A stretch of DNA of 64,000 bases from Candidatus Woesearchaeota archaeon CG_4_10_14_0_2_um_filter_33_13 (lineage in GTDB: Archaea > Nanobdellota > Nanobdellia > Woesearchaeales > GW2011-AR9). The notes under the pieces were generated by a model. That model was not told the origin of the DNA. It saw only the letters and a list, made by a program, of their open reading frames with translations, and ran no database searches. This document shows positions 38,775 to 48,609 of this stretch, piece after piece (positions within the stretch are counted from its first letter, which is position 1; every line of letters starts with the position of its first letter). The stretch is taken from NCBI GenBank assembly GCA_002792115.1, contig PFNQ01000013.1, positions 7,236 through 71,235 on the forward strand, written 5' to 3'. The translations under genes were made by a program, and so were the position numbers.

Positions 38775-41700
38775 TTAACGTCTTTTTCTTTTTAAGGAAA
38801 CAATCAGGCCCATCAACACAGCAATAAATACTAATGCTACCATTATTGTTAATAATGATGTGTATGCAGTAGTATCCCTAAAAGAAGCTATTGTTTTCTG
38901 GCTTTGCACCTTCCTTACATCTAACTCATTTTGCAACTGCAAAGCTAACTGATCTTTGTTAACATATTGGTTAACCGCTTGTGTGGTTGAACTTTGTGCG
39001 TAACAATCTGTTAACTCTAATGTTACATCAGTACTATCTTCCAATATGTCATTATCCCTGTAAACCTTTACTGTAAGTGGATATGATCCCGCTTTAGCAT
39101 CTTCCAAATTAAGATTGAACGTGGCTTTGTAATCGTTGTCGCCACTGGAGTACTTTTCCAAGTCTATAGCAGTTTTACTCAAACTTAAGTCTAAAGCAGA
39201 GTTTTCTACAACAATCTTAACATCATCTTCATTACTCTTTCCAATATTCTCAACCATTACTTGCATAGTGGTTTGTCTTAAACATTGTAAAGTGCTAGAG
39301 GACAAGGAAGCAGAGTTGATGATAACTTGGTGTGTCTCTAAATCTACATCTACAGTTTTAATTTCTGTTGTAGTATGTGTAGACCCATCATCTGCTTCTC
39401 CTTCTATAGTTAGTTCTAATGTGTAAGTATCTTCATCAATGGTTTCTCCTTTAAGGTCAAAATCAACTGTAAAGGTTTCACTGTCTCCATCTCTAATATC
39501 ATTTTCATCAGATTCTTCTTCAAGGTCTTCTCCGTCAACATCTAGAATCTTAACCATCACAAACACATTATTAATGTCTTCACTATACTCATTGTTAACT
39601 TTAATTTCTATCTCATTTAGGTCTTGCAATGAAAGTTTTCCAGAGGATTTGCCATTAATCTTGATGTTATCAACTGTTAAGTAACTTTTTGGACTTAAGT
39701 AAATATCTTGCTCACTTGAATCCTCGTTGCTAGTAACATTTATTCTTCCAATCTGATGTTGTCCAGAATCTTCTCCTTCAGGAACGTAAAAGTTAAAGGT
39801 TAAGGAAAATTGTTGTCCTGCACTCAAACTTACTGGAACGCTTCCAGAAAAATTTGCTTTGTACTTGCTATTAATATCAAGTAGTTCTACTGATAATCCT
39901 GTTAATGATTGGTAAGTTCCAGTATTCTTAATAGTAACTTGAACACTTCCACTTTTTCCTTTATCAACGTTGCTTATAACGATCGGCGATATATCTATTG
40001 TAGCAGGTTGGTCTTCTACAACAAGATATGTAGAAAAACCTGTTACTGTAAAGATTATTTGTCCATTACTGTTATTGGTTATAACACAAATGGATTCTGG
40101 ACAAGTACTAAATTCGCTAGCATCATTATCAAACCCTTCTGCACGAAGAATCCTCGGGTTAGTAAATGATTTTTTTATAGTAATTGTTGCTGGAACATTT
40201 AATTCTGGTGCAGCATTATCACTAGTGTCGACTGAAACTTTATTAACATTAACCACAATAACTTCATCTATATTCAAGATTCCCGTCAAATCTAGATTGC
40301 CGTCAAAAACAATCTTTGCAAAGTTATTCTCAATTGTGAACTCATCTACACTTGCAGGATCTCTTATCTTACCATCAAAACTACCATTCCAATAACCTTC
40401 TGGAATTAATCCAGATTCTGAAACCGGTTCATCAGTGACGATATAAGTCCAAACTTGGGTATACTCTCCATTTATTTCCGCGTAAACCTCAAATTCACCA
40501 ACTTGATCAAATGGCAAGGGGTAATTTACTCCTTGGTAAACAGCTTCATCATTTACATACCACATTACTCTTTGATCAAAACCATCCTCTGCTAAAGTGA
40601 CACTTAATTCATCATCTGGTTGTCCTAACCCTATAATCCAGGTGTCTTCTTCTGGAGCATATGATAATAAACAATTATTTCTTTTTACTGTTGTTGACAA
40701 CACATTACTATATGTGGAATCGTCTCTGTACAACCCTTTAACATAAATAGTGTTATCTCCTTCACTTAAATCTTCAGTTTTTATCCATATTTTTATTAGT
40801 GCAGCAGTTGCTGAATCTATGGCTGGAACTTCTTTAACAATCTCTAAATCTCCTGATTGAATCAGCAATTTAAGATCGTCCTCTGTGTTTTTGCCAAGAT
40901 TGGTATACTCAATATTTAACCAAGCCCCTCCCCGACAAGTTAATTCTGATTGTCCTAAAGTTACGGCATTAATGATAATATCTGCGGCATCTTTGCTAAC
41001 TTCTAAATTAAAATTAAATAAATCCTTTCTCAGAATGGATGGATTTTGATAATCCTTACCAGTTATGATCAAATCAACGTTAAACACCTGCTCTACTGCT
41101 ACTAATGGTACATCAAAATCGATTGAAATAGTTTTTGTTTCTCCTGGATTTAAATTTGTGTTAAATTCATTTTCAACAACTGCACCATTTACATCCAATT
41201 TGTAAGCCAGTCCAGTTAACTTATAATTTAGGTGATTATTAACTTCAACACTAAGAGTTACATGGTCCAGTGGTTTTAACTCTTGGGCTAAATCTCCTGA
41301 ATTGACAGTTTCTCCATTTACTTTAAGAGATTTGATCTCCAGTGCGGGGGTAACAGATATATTAACTGTTTTTTGTACAACACCACCATAACTATCATCA
41401 ACAGAGATGGTGCAGCTTGCGTCCTTTTTCCAGTTTACACCTAACTTTAATTGTAATTGTTCATTTGTAATAACCTTACACAAAACTCCGCCCTTTTGGG
41501 AAATTTTTGTATAAATCAAATCGTCTCCGTCAGCATCAGAGAATAAGTCAGTAAGTTCTAGGATTATTAATTCATTATTTACTTCTGCTAAGTTCTGGGA
41601 TAGAATTGATCCAACAGGTTTTCTATTATTTGCAGAATTTTTTGTCGCTTCATTAGATATAATCCATTCTATATTGCCGTCATGGATACGAGAAATAAGT

Positions 41701-42119
41701 TCGTCTGTTAATAGAGTATCTGTGTGTGTTGCAATGGCTGCATGAGTGTAATCTCCGTAAGTAAGGGCGTCAATGAAACCAGACGGAGAATTCTTAAGAA
41801 CAATTTTGTCCCCAGAATCAGTTAGTTTATTATTTAATTCTAAAATTAGGTGACTATGTCCATTAATTTTTCCAGTAATGACGGTATCTCCTAAGTTGGT
41901 TCTAATAAATCCAGTACCTAAGGCATCATAATCAACAGAATCTACTCCGGTATTGTATAACTCGATCCATTCATTTCCTGTGCTTGGGTCAACCATTATT
42001 TCGTTAATGACCACGTCAGTATCCATACCTAATGCTGCTTTGGTTGTTAATATCAAAGCAACAATTACAAAAAGAATTGTTAGAATTTTAGTTTGTTTCA
42101 TTTTGTTTTTATACCTCAA
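38775..42119 (-). CDS. Large secreted surface (S-layer-like) protein with N-terminal lamin-tail domain and C-terminal TM anchor
   Basis: Signal peptide; LTD signature VVINEIMVDPSTGNEWIELYNTG; many N-x-S/T sequons; C-term hydrophobic helix + KRKRR. Confidence 0.6.
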   Translation of the reverse strand: MRYKNKMKQTKILTILFVIVALILTTKAALGMDTDVVINEIMVDPSTGNEWIELYNTGVDSVDYDALGTGFIRTNLGDTVITGKINGHSHLILELNNKLTDSGDKIVLKNSPSGFIDALTYGDYTHAAIATHTDTLLTDELISRIHDGNIEWIISNEATKNSANNRKPVGSILSQNLAEVNNELIILELTDLFSDADGDDLIYTKISQKGGVLCKVITNEQLQLKLGVNWKKDASCTISVDDSYGGVVQKTVNISVTPALEIKSLKVNGETVNSGDLAQELKPLDHVTLSVEVNNHLNYKLTGLAYKLDVNGAVVENEFNTNLNPGETKTISIDFDVPLVAVEQVFNVDLIITGKDYQNPSILRKDLFNFNLEVSKDAADIIINAVTLGQSELTCRGGAWLNIEYTNLGKNTEDDLKLLIQSGDLEIVKEVPAIDSATAALIKIWIKTEDLSEGDNTIYVKGLYRDDSTYSNVLSTTVKRNNCLLSYAPEEDTWIIGLGQPDDELSVTLAEDGFDQRVMWYVNDEAVYQGVNYPLPFDQVGEFEVYAEINGEYTQVWTYIVTDEPVSESGLIPEGYWNGSFDGKIRDPASVDEFTIENNFAKIVFDGNLDLTGILNIDEVIVVNVNKVSVDTSDNAAPELNVPATITIKKSFTNPRILRAEGFDNDASEFSTCPESICVITNNSNGQIIFTVTGFSTYLVVEDQPATIDISPIVISNVDKGKSGSVQVTIKNTGTYQSLTGLSVELLDINSKYKANFSGSVPVSLSAGQQFSLTFNFYVPEGEDSGQHQIGRINVTSNEDSSEQDIYLSPKSYLTVDNIKINGKSSGKLSLQDLNEIEIKVNNEYSEDINNVFVMVKILDVDGEDLEEESDENDIRDGDSETFTVDFDLKGETIDEDTYTLELTIEGEADDGSTHTTTEIKTVDVDLETHQVIINSASLSSSTLQCLRQTTMQVMVENIGKSNEDDVKIVVENSALDLSLSKTAIDLEKYSSGDNDYKATFNLNLEDAKAGSYPLTVKVYRDNDILEDSTDVTLELTDCYAQSSTTQAVNQYVNKDQLALQLQNELDVRKVQSQKTIASFRDTTAYTSLLTIMVALVFIAVLMGLIVSLKRKRR

Positions 42120-42202
42120 GTTTGATGATTACACAAATCTCATGTTTAAACATCAATCACACAGAACAATCAAATAAAAAATAAAAAAGATTAACTTAAT
42201 AC

Positions 42203-43585
42203 TTATTTGAGTAACACCACCAAAAAGACAATAATCAATGCTACTACTAAAATAATTGCAATGATTATTGCTCCCACAAGGAAATCATTTGCGGAGTAAG
42301 AGTGTTCTGTGGTGGAAACAACAGTAGTTGAAGACGTTGGTTGATTACTCGTTGGGGTGTTTGTGTTACTTGCAGTAGTTTGATTCAACACTGTAACGAT
42401 AACTTCAGAGTCATCTGCAGTAGTTGGTGTGGTGGGGTTTATTGTTACTTGACATTTTCCAACATTTAAAGAAACTCTTTCATAATCAGCATTTTCATCT
42501 AAGTCAATGTAAGCGTTTATATCAAAATCGTATTTCCCCTCTTTAACTCCCACTAACGGAATGGTAACTGTTTTCTTCCAAGTGTTAACTTTATCACTAA
42601 ACTCGTTAATGACCAAGTTCTTAATGTTTTCATTAATTTTTAAAGCTTGGTTGTAAATAGCAACAGCAGCAGCTTTTTGATCATCAGTGCCATAGTTTGT
42701 TACTTCTACAGTTAAGAAAACTTCTTCATCACAAGTTGTAACTGTTTCAGGTTGAAATTCAGCTTTGACTATTCTTAAATCGTCTCTAACTCGATCGACT
42801 TCAATAGTTAAAGTCTTTTCAATCTTGTATTCTACATTTTTTTCATCTATTGCAACCAAAGTAATGTCTAATTCATACTTCCCTTCATCAACATCTTCAT
42901 CAGGTGTGAAAGAGATTTCAAATGAATCATCTGTATCTGCGTCTAAAGCATCTAAATCCCAAGAATCATCAATGTCCTGGCTCAGGTCATCATTATCATC
43001 AATAGTTAAAGTAATATCATCAAACGTTCCATATTTATATTTGTCATTAAATGAATTTGCGTATTTAAATGTGAATGTAATTTCTTCCCCAGCAAGAACT
43101 GTTTGATCTAAGTCCCAAGAACTTTCTTCATCATTACCATCAAACTTATCTGTTTCACTTCCATCTTCACTTTTGTAATCTACTTCTAATCTATCAAAGT
43201 CTAGCATCATGGCAGTGTTTTGTTCTAAACTAGCACTATCTGTATTGGCAGCATTACCTTTTTCTTCAACTTTTAAAGTCCCGATATTTTCAGTTCCTGC
43301 GTCTTTATCATGAGGAACCTTTATGGTATAAGAAACAGCCTGGGTGGAGTTGGCCGCAATAACAACTTCTTTTGTGTCTGCAACATATTTTGTGCTAGGT
43401 AAACCACTTGCTGAAACTACAATCGTTAAATTGCTTGCATCCGGATTGTTGACAGTAAAACTTGCTTGTCCTAAAACATAATCTTTATAATCACCATCAT
43501 CAAAATCCTGATAATCCACACTTAGATTAACTTTGTCTTCAACAATGTTCAAAGCAGAAACAACATTAACAACTAGTAAAAGCAT
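42203..43585 (-). CDS. Secreted acidic surface protein with Thr/Ser-rich stalk and C-terminal TM anchor
   Basis: N-terminal hydrophobic signal, Asp-rich repeats, TTPTTADDS...TSNQPTSSTTVVSTT linker then AIIIAIILVVALIIVFLVVLLK. Confidence 0.5.
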   Translation of the reverse strand: MLLLVVNVVSALNIVEDKVNLSVDYQDFDDGDYKDYVLGQASFTVNNPDASNLTIVVSASGLPSTKYVADTKEVVIAANSTQAVSYTIKVPHDKDAGTENIGTLKVEEKGNAANTDSASLEQNTAMMLDFDRLEVDYKSEDGSETDKFDGNDEESSWDLDQTVLAGEEITFTFKYANSFNDKYKYGTFDDITLTIDDNDDLSQDIDDSWDLDALDADTDDSFEISFTPDEDVDEGKYELDITLVAIDEKNVEYKIEKTLTIEVDRVRDDLRIVKAEFQPETVTTCDEEVFLTVEVTNYGTDDQKAAAVAIYNQALKINENIKNLVINEFSDKVNTWKKTVTIPLVGVKEGKYDFDINAYIDLDENADYERVSLNVGKCQVTINPTTPTTADDSEVIVTVLNQTTASNTNTPTSNQPTSSTTVVSTTEHSYSANDFLVGAIIIAIILVVALIIVFLVVLLK

Positions 43586-43762
43586 TAATATTCCTAATAA
43601 TATTTTAGTTTTAATTTTAACCCACCCCAGATAGTTTTTATTATTGAGTAGTCAATTTGTTTTTTAAAGATTTATATACTACAGAATATAGTTTAAAGTT
43701 TATCTGGGTTTTCGTCAATAAATAGTGACTAAAACTATAAAAAAGAAAAAAGGGGGAGTGAT

Positions 43763-44278
43763 TTATTTATGTCCCATGTAAAAGAACTTTTCTATTGACA
43801 CATCAGAATCTACATAATTCCCTGATCTTGGGTGGGAACCATCTTGTTTTTGGGCTGCTCCTTGAGTTACCTGAGATTGTGCAGGCTGGGATTGTGTTTT
43901 AAGTTCTCCAGTGTTAATATCTCTGGCTGGGCCGGTAGCATATGGTCTATTCTTAAGATTAGTAATGTCTTTTTCTAAAGATTCAATTTTATCTTGAAAT
44001 TCCTTAAATTTTTTAATCACAAAAGCAGTATTTTTCTCTAGAATATCTTTGATTTGGTCTTGTGATAAATTATTCATGCCGGCCGGGTGGGGATTATCTA
44101 TAGTAGGAACTTCTTCCATTCTTTGTCTAATTTGTGCATAATCGTCTACATCTCTATTTCGAAAAATTGTTTCTGCTTTAGCAACGGCTTCTTCTCTGTC
44201 AGCGGCTAAACCTTGTCGCATTAAGTCTAGAGCAAGATTATTTACTTTTTGAATTCTTTCTACATCCATATTAATCAA
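43763..44278 (-). CDS. Hypothetical protein (helical N-term, Gln-rich linker)
   Basis: ORF with slightly higher GC; no recognisable motif. Confidence 0.3.
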   Translation of the reverse strand: MINMDVERIQKVNNLALDLMRQGLAADREEAVAKAETIFRNRDVDDYAQIRQRMEEVPTIDNPHPAGMNNLSQDQIKDILEKNTAFVIKKFKEFQDKIESLEKDITNLKNRPYATGPARDINTGELKTQSQPAQSQVTQGAAQKQDGSHPRSGNYVDSDVSIEKFFYMGHK

Positions 44279-44390
44279 CCTCTCTTTTGATGGTCAAACT
44301 TAACAAGAAGTTAGTTATAACGTTTTCTATTCTAGTAGATATAGTTAGTACTACTTAGACAAAATAAAAGTTAAAAGAATTAGTTTAATT

Positions 44391-44534
44391 TTATCCACAT
44401 ACAGCAGGTATCTTAAATGGAATAATGCCTTTTGTTCCCAAAAACACTAAAACAAAAGCAATAATTATACCAATAAGCAGACCAACTATAAAATATTTGA
44501 GTTCAATAATCCCTAATTGTCCTCTTTTTTGCAT
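44391..44534 (-). CDS. Small (47 aa) single-TM protein with class-III (prepilin-like) signal features
   Basis: MQKRG|QLGIIELKYFIVGLLIGIIIAFVLVF; TATA-like ATTTATATA about 25-30 nt upstream (44558-44566); not in ORF track (below size cutoff). Confidence 0.35.
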   Translation of the reverse strand: MQKRGQLGIIELKYFIVGLLIGIIIAFVLVFLGTKGIIPFKIPAVCG

Positions 44535-44619
44535 AGTCTAAAAGCATTCCTTTTGAGTATATAAATGTTTCCTTTGCTTGTCTTAAAGCAAAACATTTAT
44601 AAACTATGAGCTTGGTTAG

Positions 44620-44627
44620 TATTTAAA
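44620..44627 (+). promoter_or_regulatory. TATA box for tfb; GGAGG Shine-Dalgarno at 44659-44663
   Basis: TATTTAAA 45 nt upstream of ATG, GGAGG 8 nt upstream of ATG. Confidence 0.45.
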
Positions 44628-44671
44628 CTTAACTATTAGGTAGTGGTTCTTATGGTTAGGAGGTTTTCAAG

Positions 44672-45592
44672 ATGATAAGAAAAACCTTAAAGGAATGTCC
44701 GGAATGTGCAAGCAAGAATATTTATCGTGATCAAGATAAAGGGGAAACCATTTGTCGGGATTGTGGATTAGTTATTGAAGATAGGATGGTTGACTTTTCT
44801 CAAGAATGGAGAGAATTTGACGATGATGGTGCCAGTAAAAGAAGGACTGGTGCACCGACCTCCGAAACGTCTTTTGATCGTGGTTTAGGCACCGAGGTGG
44901 GAAGTACTTCTGATTTTTATAAGTTAGGTTCTGAAAGAGAAAGAGATAGATTCTTTAGATTAAGAAAATGGAACATTAGAATTAGTACCGCTATTGAAAG
45001 AAACTTGAAAGTTGCCTTGGCTGAGCTCAAAAGAGTGAGTTCGTTTTTAAAATTACCTAAATCAGTTGAAGAAGAAGCAGCAAGAATTTATCGCTTGGCT
45101 GTACAGAAAGGATTAGTTCGTGGAAGAAGTATGGAATCTGTTGTGGCTGGAGCGTTGTATGCTGCTTGCAGAAGACACGAAGTTCCTAGAACTTTAGATG
45201 AGATGGGTGAAGCTTCAGGTATTGAAAAGAAGGAAATTGGTAGAACCTATCGTTTTGTTACTAGAGAACTTGAGATTAGTATCAAACCAAGTAATCCTGC
45301 TGATTATATTCCAAGATTTGCTTCTGCTTTGAAATTAAGTCCAGAAACTCAATCAAAGTCTGTCGAGATTCTTGAACAAGCAAGAGATATTGAGCTGACT
45401 TCAGGAAGAGGACCAACTGGAATTGCTGCTGCTGCTCTTTACGTAGCTTCTTTAATCCATGGTGAGAAAAGAACTCAAAGAGAAGTTGCTGACGTAGCTG
45501 GAGTAACGGAAGTTACTATCAGAAATCGTTACAAGGAACTGATTAAGAAACTTAAACTTGGCAAGGACGTTGAGAAAAGCAAGAAGAAATAA
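44672..45592 (+). CDS. tfb: Transcription initiation factor IIB (TFB)
   Basis: N-terminal Zn ribbon CPECAS...CRDCG, two cyclin-fold repeats, C-terminal HTH. Confidence 0.9.
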   Translation: MIRKTLKECPECASKNIYRDQDKGETICRDCGLVIEDRMVDFSQEWREFDDDGASKRRTGAPTSETSFDRGLGTEVGSTSDFYKLGSERERDRFFRLRKWNIRISTAIERNLKVALAELKRVSSFLKLPKSVEEEAARIYRLAVQKGLVRGRSMESVVAGALYAACRRHEVPRTLDEMGEASGIEKKEIGRTYRFVTRELEISIKPSNPADYIPRFASALKLSPETQSKSVEILEQARDIELTSGRGPTGIAAAALYVASLIHGEKRTQREVADVAGVTEVTIRNRYKELIKKLKLGKDVEKSKKK

Positions 45593-45619
45593 ATTTTATT
45601 TTTTAAGTTCTGGTTTTGA

Positions 45620-46192
45620 TTGGTGTTTATAGGAAAGACCGTTTGTAATATGAGACTAGAAGATTTATTGTCAGAAAAAGAATTAATGCTAAATGAATTT
45701 ATGGATAGATTTGGCAATGCCGTTGCGGGTTTGGTTTCCCACACAGAATTCTTACTGGTCGCGACAGGTAATGGAGAAGTCATTGTCCCCTCTTATAGAC
45801 TGCCTGATTACGCAAATTATGCCCCCTGGTTTAAAGTAGAAAAAATAACGGATTTATTAACAGAATATGCTGTACTTAAAGGTATTGTTGACTACCAATA
45901 TAAAGAAAAAAACCAACATAGCAAACATTTTCAATGGGTTAAGAGTTTGGTTGATCAAATCTCAGAACCATTAGTATCCTTAAGACAATGCTCTGAGATT
46001 ACTCCAGAAACAGCAGCAGTCTTAAGACTAAATGAATTGGGGGCAGAAGTAAAGCAATTGTATGGCTTACTATTAGAAGTGAACCGAGCCATAGAATTAT
46101 ATTACACAGTAGTTTCTCAGGATGTTGGAAGAGCTCATTTTTTAGATAAACATCCAGATGTTGCTGTAAGATATGGAAAACGAAAAGTATAA
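45620..46192 (+). CDS. Hypothetical protein
   Basis: ORF only; likely start at 45650 (MRLEDLL). Confidence 0.3.
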   Translation: MVFIGKTVCNMRLEDLLSEKELMLNEFMDRFGNAVAGLVSHTEFLLVATGNGEVIVPSYRLPDYANYAPWFKVEKITDLLTEYAVLKGIVDYQYKEKNQHSKHFQWVKSLVDQISEPLVSLRQCSEITPETAAVLRLNELGAEVKQLYGLLLEVNRAIELYYTVVSQDVGRAHFLDKHPDVAVRYGKRKV

Positions 46193-46218
46193 ATTTTACT
46201 ACAAAACTTAAAGTAAAA

Positions 46219-47322
46219 ATGCAATTAACCCCAGAAATAAAGCAACAGTTAGCTGAACAAAAGAAGCAATGTGTTTTTTGTAAATTAATTTCTGGTGAGA
46301 TGCAGGCCAAAACAGTTTTTGAAGATAATAAAACGATGGCTTTATTGGATATTTATCCTGCTATTAAAGGGCATACTTTGTTTATGACTAAAGAGCATTA
46401 TCCGATTATGCCTTATCTTCCACCGGATGAGTTTCAACAACTATTTGGTTTAGTACCACAATTATGTAATGCAGTAAAGAAAGCTAGGGTTGCAACAGGA
46501 GTTAATCTATTCATTGCTAATGGCGGTGTTGCCGGACAACAAGCCCCACATTTTTTGATACATTTATTTCCTAGAGAAACTGGAGATGGATTCTTTAATT
46601 TTTTATTTAAAGAGAAACAAACTTTAGAAGAAGAGAAAGTCCAGATCCTTTTGCATAACTTCCCTTTAATGATGCAAAACCATTTTGCCAGAACTCCAGG
46701 TTCTTGGCATAGTGGAAATGGAGAAAGATCAATTTTTTTGCAGAGTAAAGTTGCTGCTGGCCAAGTCATTTATGAAGACGAAAAAGTGCTTTGTCTTTTA
46801 TCAAATAAAGGAGTGGTTAAAGGCCACATTAAGATTTACAGTAAAGTTGAAGCAAAAGATATTGAAAAATTATCTAGTGAAGATTCTGCACATTTATTTT
46901 ATGTTGCTTCTTATGCTGCAACATTATTATTTGAAGGATTAAAAGTTCAAGGAACAAATATTATTCTGAAATCTGGAGTTTCTGACGATAATCTTGACGG
47001 AGAGTTATGTTTACATGTTCTACCAAGAATGCCCGAAGACGGATTAAATAAAACATTGTTGTGGGAACCTAAACAGCCCAGTTATAATCTTGACGATATT
47101 TTGGGGAAGTTAAAAGATAAAACATGGAGTATTAAATATAAAGAAATTAAAAAGGATATAGACACAAAAACAAAGAAAGAACCATTTTTTGTAAAATCAG
47201 AAGTTGTTAGGTTGTCTAATTCTCAGCAAGGAGATGAAGATGTTGATAAACAGTATGGTGATTCTCAAGAAGAATCTTCTGAAGAAGAAATAAAGAAAGC
47301 TATAGAAAAAGTAAAAAATTAG
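46219..47322 (+). CDS. Tandem HIT-like domain protein with acidic C-terminal tail
   Basis: Hint-like N-term (QCVFCKLISGE...PHFLIHLFP, degenerate HxHxH) and second HIT-like half (ELCLHVLPR). Confidence 0.5.
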   Translation: MQLTPEIKQQLAEQKKQCVFCKLISGEMQAKTVFEDNKTMALLDIYPAIKGHTLFMTKEHYPIMPYLPPDEFQQLFGLVPQLCNAVKKARVATGVNLFIANGGVAGQQAPHFLIHLFPRETGDGFFNFLFKEKQTLEEEKVQILLHNFPLMMQNHFARTPGSWHSGNGERSIFLQSKVAAGQVIYEDEKVLCLLSNKGVVKGHIKIYSKVEAKDIEKLSSEDSAHLFYVASYAATLLFEGLKVQGTNIILKSGVSDDNLDGELCLHVLPRMPEDGLNKTLLWEPKQPSYNLDDILGKLKDKTWSIKYKEIKKDIDTKTKKEPFFVKSEVVRLSNSQQGDEDVDKQYGDSQEESSEEEIKKAIEKVKN

Positions 47323-47324
47323 AA

Positions 47325-47846
47325 TTATTCTCCTTTAAACTCAACTAAAGTGAAGATATCATAACCTTGCAACTTTTCTTTTCCTTTTAATTCATGGAGG
47401 CCTATTACAAATGCTACACTAACAACTTTTCCACCTAACTTTTCCACTAATTTACAGGCAGCACAAATAGTTCCGCCGGTGGCAATCAAATCATCAATAA
47501 CCAGAACATTATCTCCTTCATTAATGGCATTCTTATGGATTTCTATTTGATCTGTTCCGTATTCTAACTCATATTTTTGAGAAATTGTTTCTCCAGGTAA
47601 TTTTCCTTTCTTACGAATTAACACTAATGGTAACTTTAATTCACGAGCCAAAGCAGCACCAAAAATAAATCCTCTAGATTCAATAGCCGCAATTTTTGTA
47701 ATTTCCTTATTTTGGTATTGTTCTTTAAATATTTCAATACACTGATTGAATGCTTCTGGATTCTCTATTAATGAAGTAATGTCTCTAAACATTATTCCTG
47801 GCTTAGGCCAATTTGGAATTGTTCTAATTGATTCTTTAAGATTCAT
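47325..47846 (-). CDS. apt: Adenine phosphoribosyltransferase
   Basis: PRTase motif VLVIDDLIATGGT; start trimmed to MNLKESIRTIPNWPKPGIMFRDIT. Confidence 0.85.
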   Translation of the reverse strand: MNLKESIRTIPNWPKPGIMFRDITSLIENPEAFNQCIEIFKEQYQNKEITKIAAIESRGFIFGAALARELKLPLVLIRKKGKLPGETISQKYELEYGTDQIEIHKNAINEGDNVLVIDDLIATGGTICAACKLVEKLGGKVVSVAFVIGLHELKGKEKLQGYDIFTLVEFKGE

Positions 47847-47847
47847 T

Positions 47848-48609
47848 TTAATTCTCTTTAATTCTTGGTATCGTATTAACCAAAAGGTTAACCACCTTAC
47901 CAACATTTTCTTTAAAAACTTTCAAAACTTCTTCCCAAGTAACTGGGACAACATCATTAAATAAACAATCATAATCTGTACTCATTGCTATCGTGGCGTA
48001 AGGAATATCAATTTCATTGGCGAGGATACATTCTGGTGCAATGGACATGTTAATAACATTTGCCCCCCATAATGAGAACATTCTTGATTCCGCTTTTGTG
48101 CTGAAACGTGGACCTTCAATAGTTATTACCGTCCCTTTTGGATGATGTTTTAAATTTAATTCTTGACAAGTGTTGATCAAAAGGTTCCTTAACTCATTGT
48201 TAAATGGTGTAGCCATTGAGGTATGTATCATCTTTCCTGGTTCAAACGAATCATAAAAACTCAATTTTCTTAATCTAGTGAAGTCAATAAACTGATCCAA
48301 GATTACTAAATCACCACGTTCAATTTCTTTTTTTAAAGAACCACAAGCAGTTGTAGATAAAATGTGTGTGCAACCAATATCTTTAAGTGCTTGGATATTA
48401 GCTTGATTATTAACCTGTGTTGGCGGGAGATTATGGTCTCTTCCGTGTCTTGCTAGTAAAACAACATCTACCCCTTTTATCTTTCCACATTTTAATTGAG
48501 AAGAAGGTTTGCCAAATTTTGTTTCAACATCAACATCTTTTGCTTCTTGTAATATCTCTGGGTTATCTAATCCTGAGCCGCCAATAATTCCAATTTTAAT
48601 CATGTGCAA
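47848..48609 (-). CDS. mtnP: 5'-methylthioadenosine/purine nucleoside phosphorylase
   Basis: IGIIGGSGL, LLARHGRDHNLPPTQVNNQANIQALK motifs. Confidence 0.85.
   Translation of the reverse strand: MHMIKIGIIGGSGLDNPEILQEAKDVDVETKFGKPSSQLKCGKIKGVDVVLLARHGRDHNLPPTQVNNQANIQALKDIGCTHILSTTACGSLKKEIERGDLVILDQFIDFTRLRKLSFYDSFEPGKMIHTSMATPFNNELRNLLINTCQELNLKHHPKGTVITIEGPRFSTKAESRMFSLWGANVINMSIAPECILANEIDIPYATIAMSTDYDCLFNDVVPVTWEEVLKVFKENVGKVVNLLVNTIPRIKEN

Noticed and set aside
47325-47906. Apt start at 47906 as given in the ORF track, overlapping MTAP by ~60 bp
   Set aside because: The N-terminal 20 residues (MLVRWLTFWLIRYQELKRIK) are not Apt-like. The internal ATG at 47846 gives the conserved Apt N-terminus and removes the overlap.
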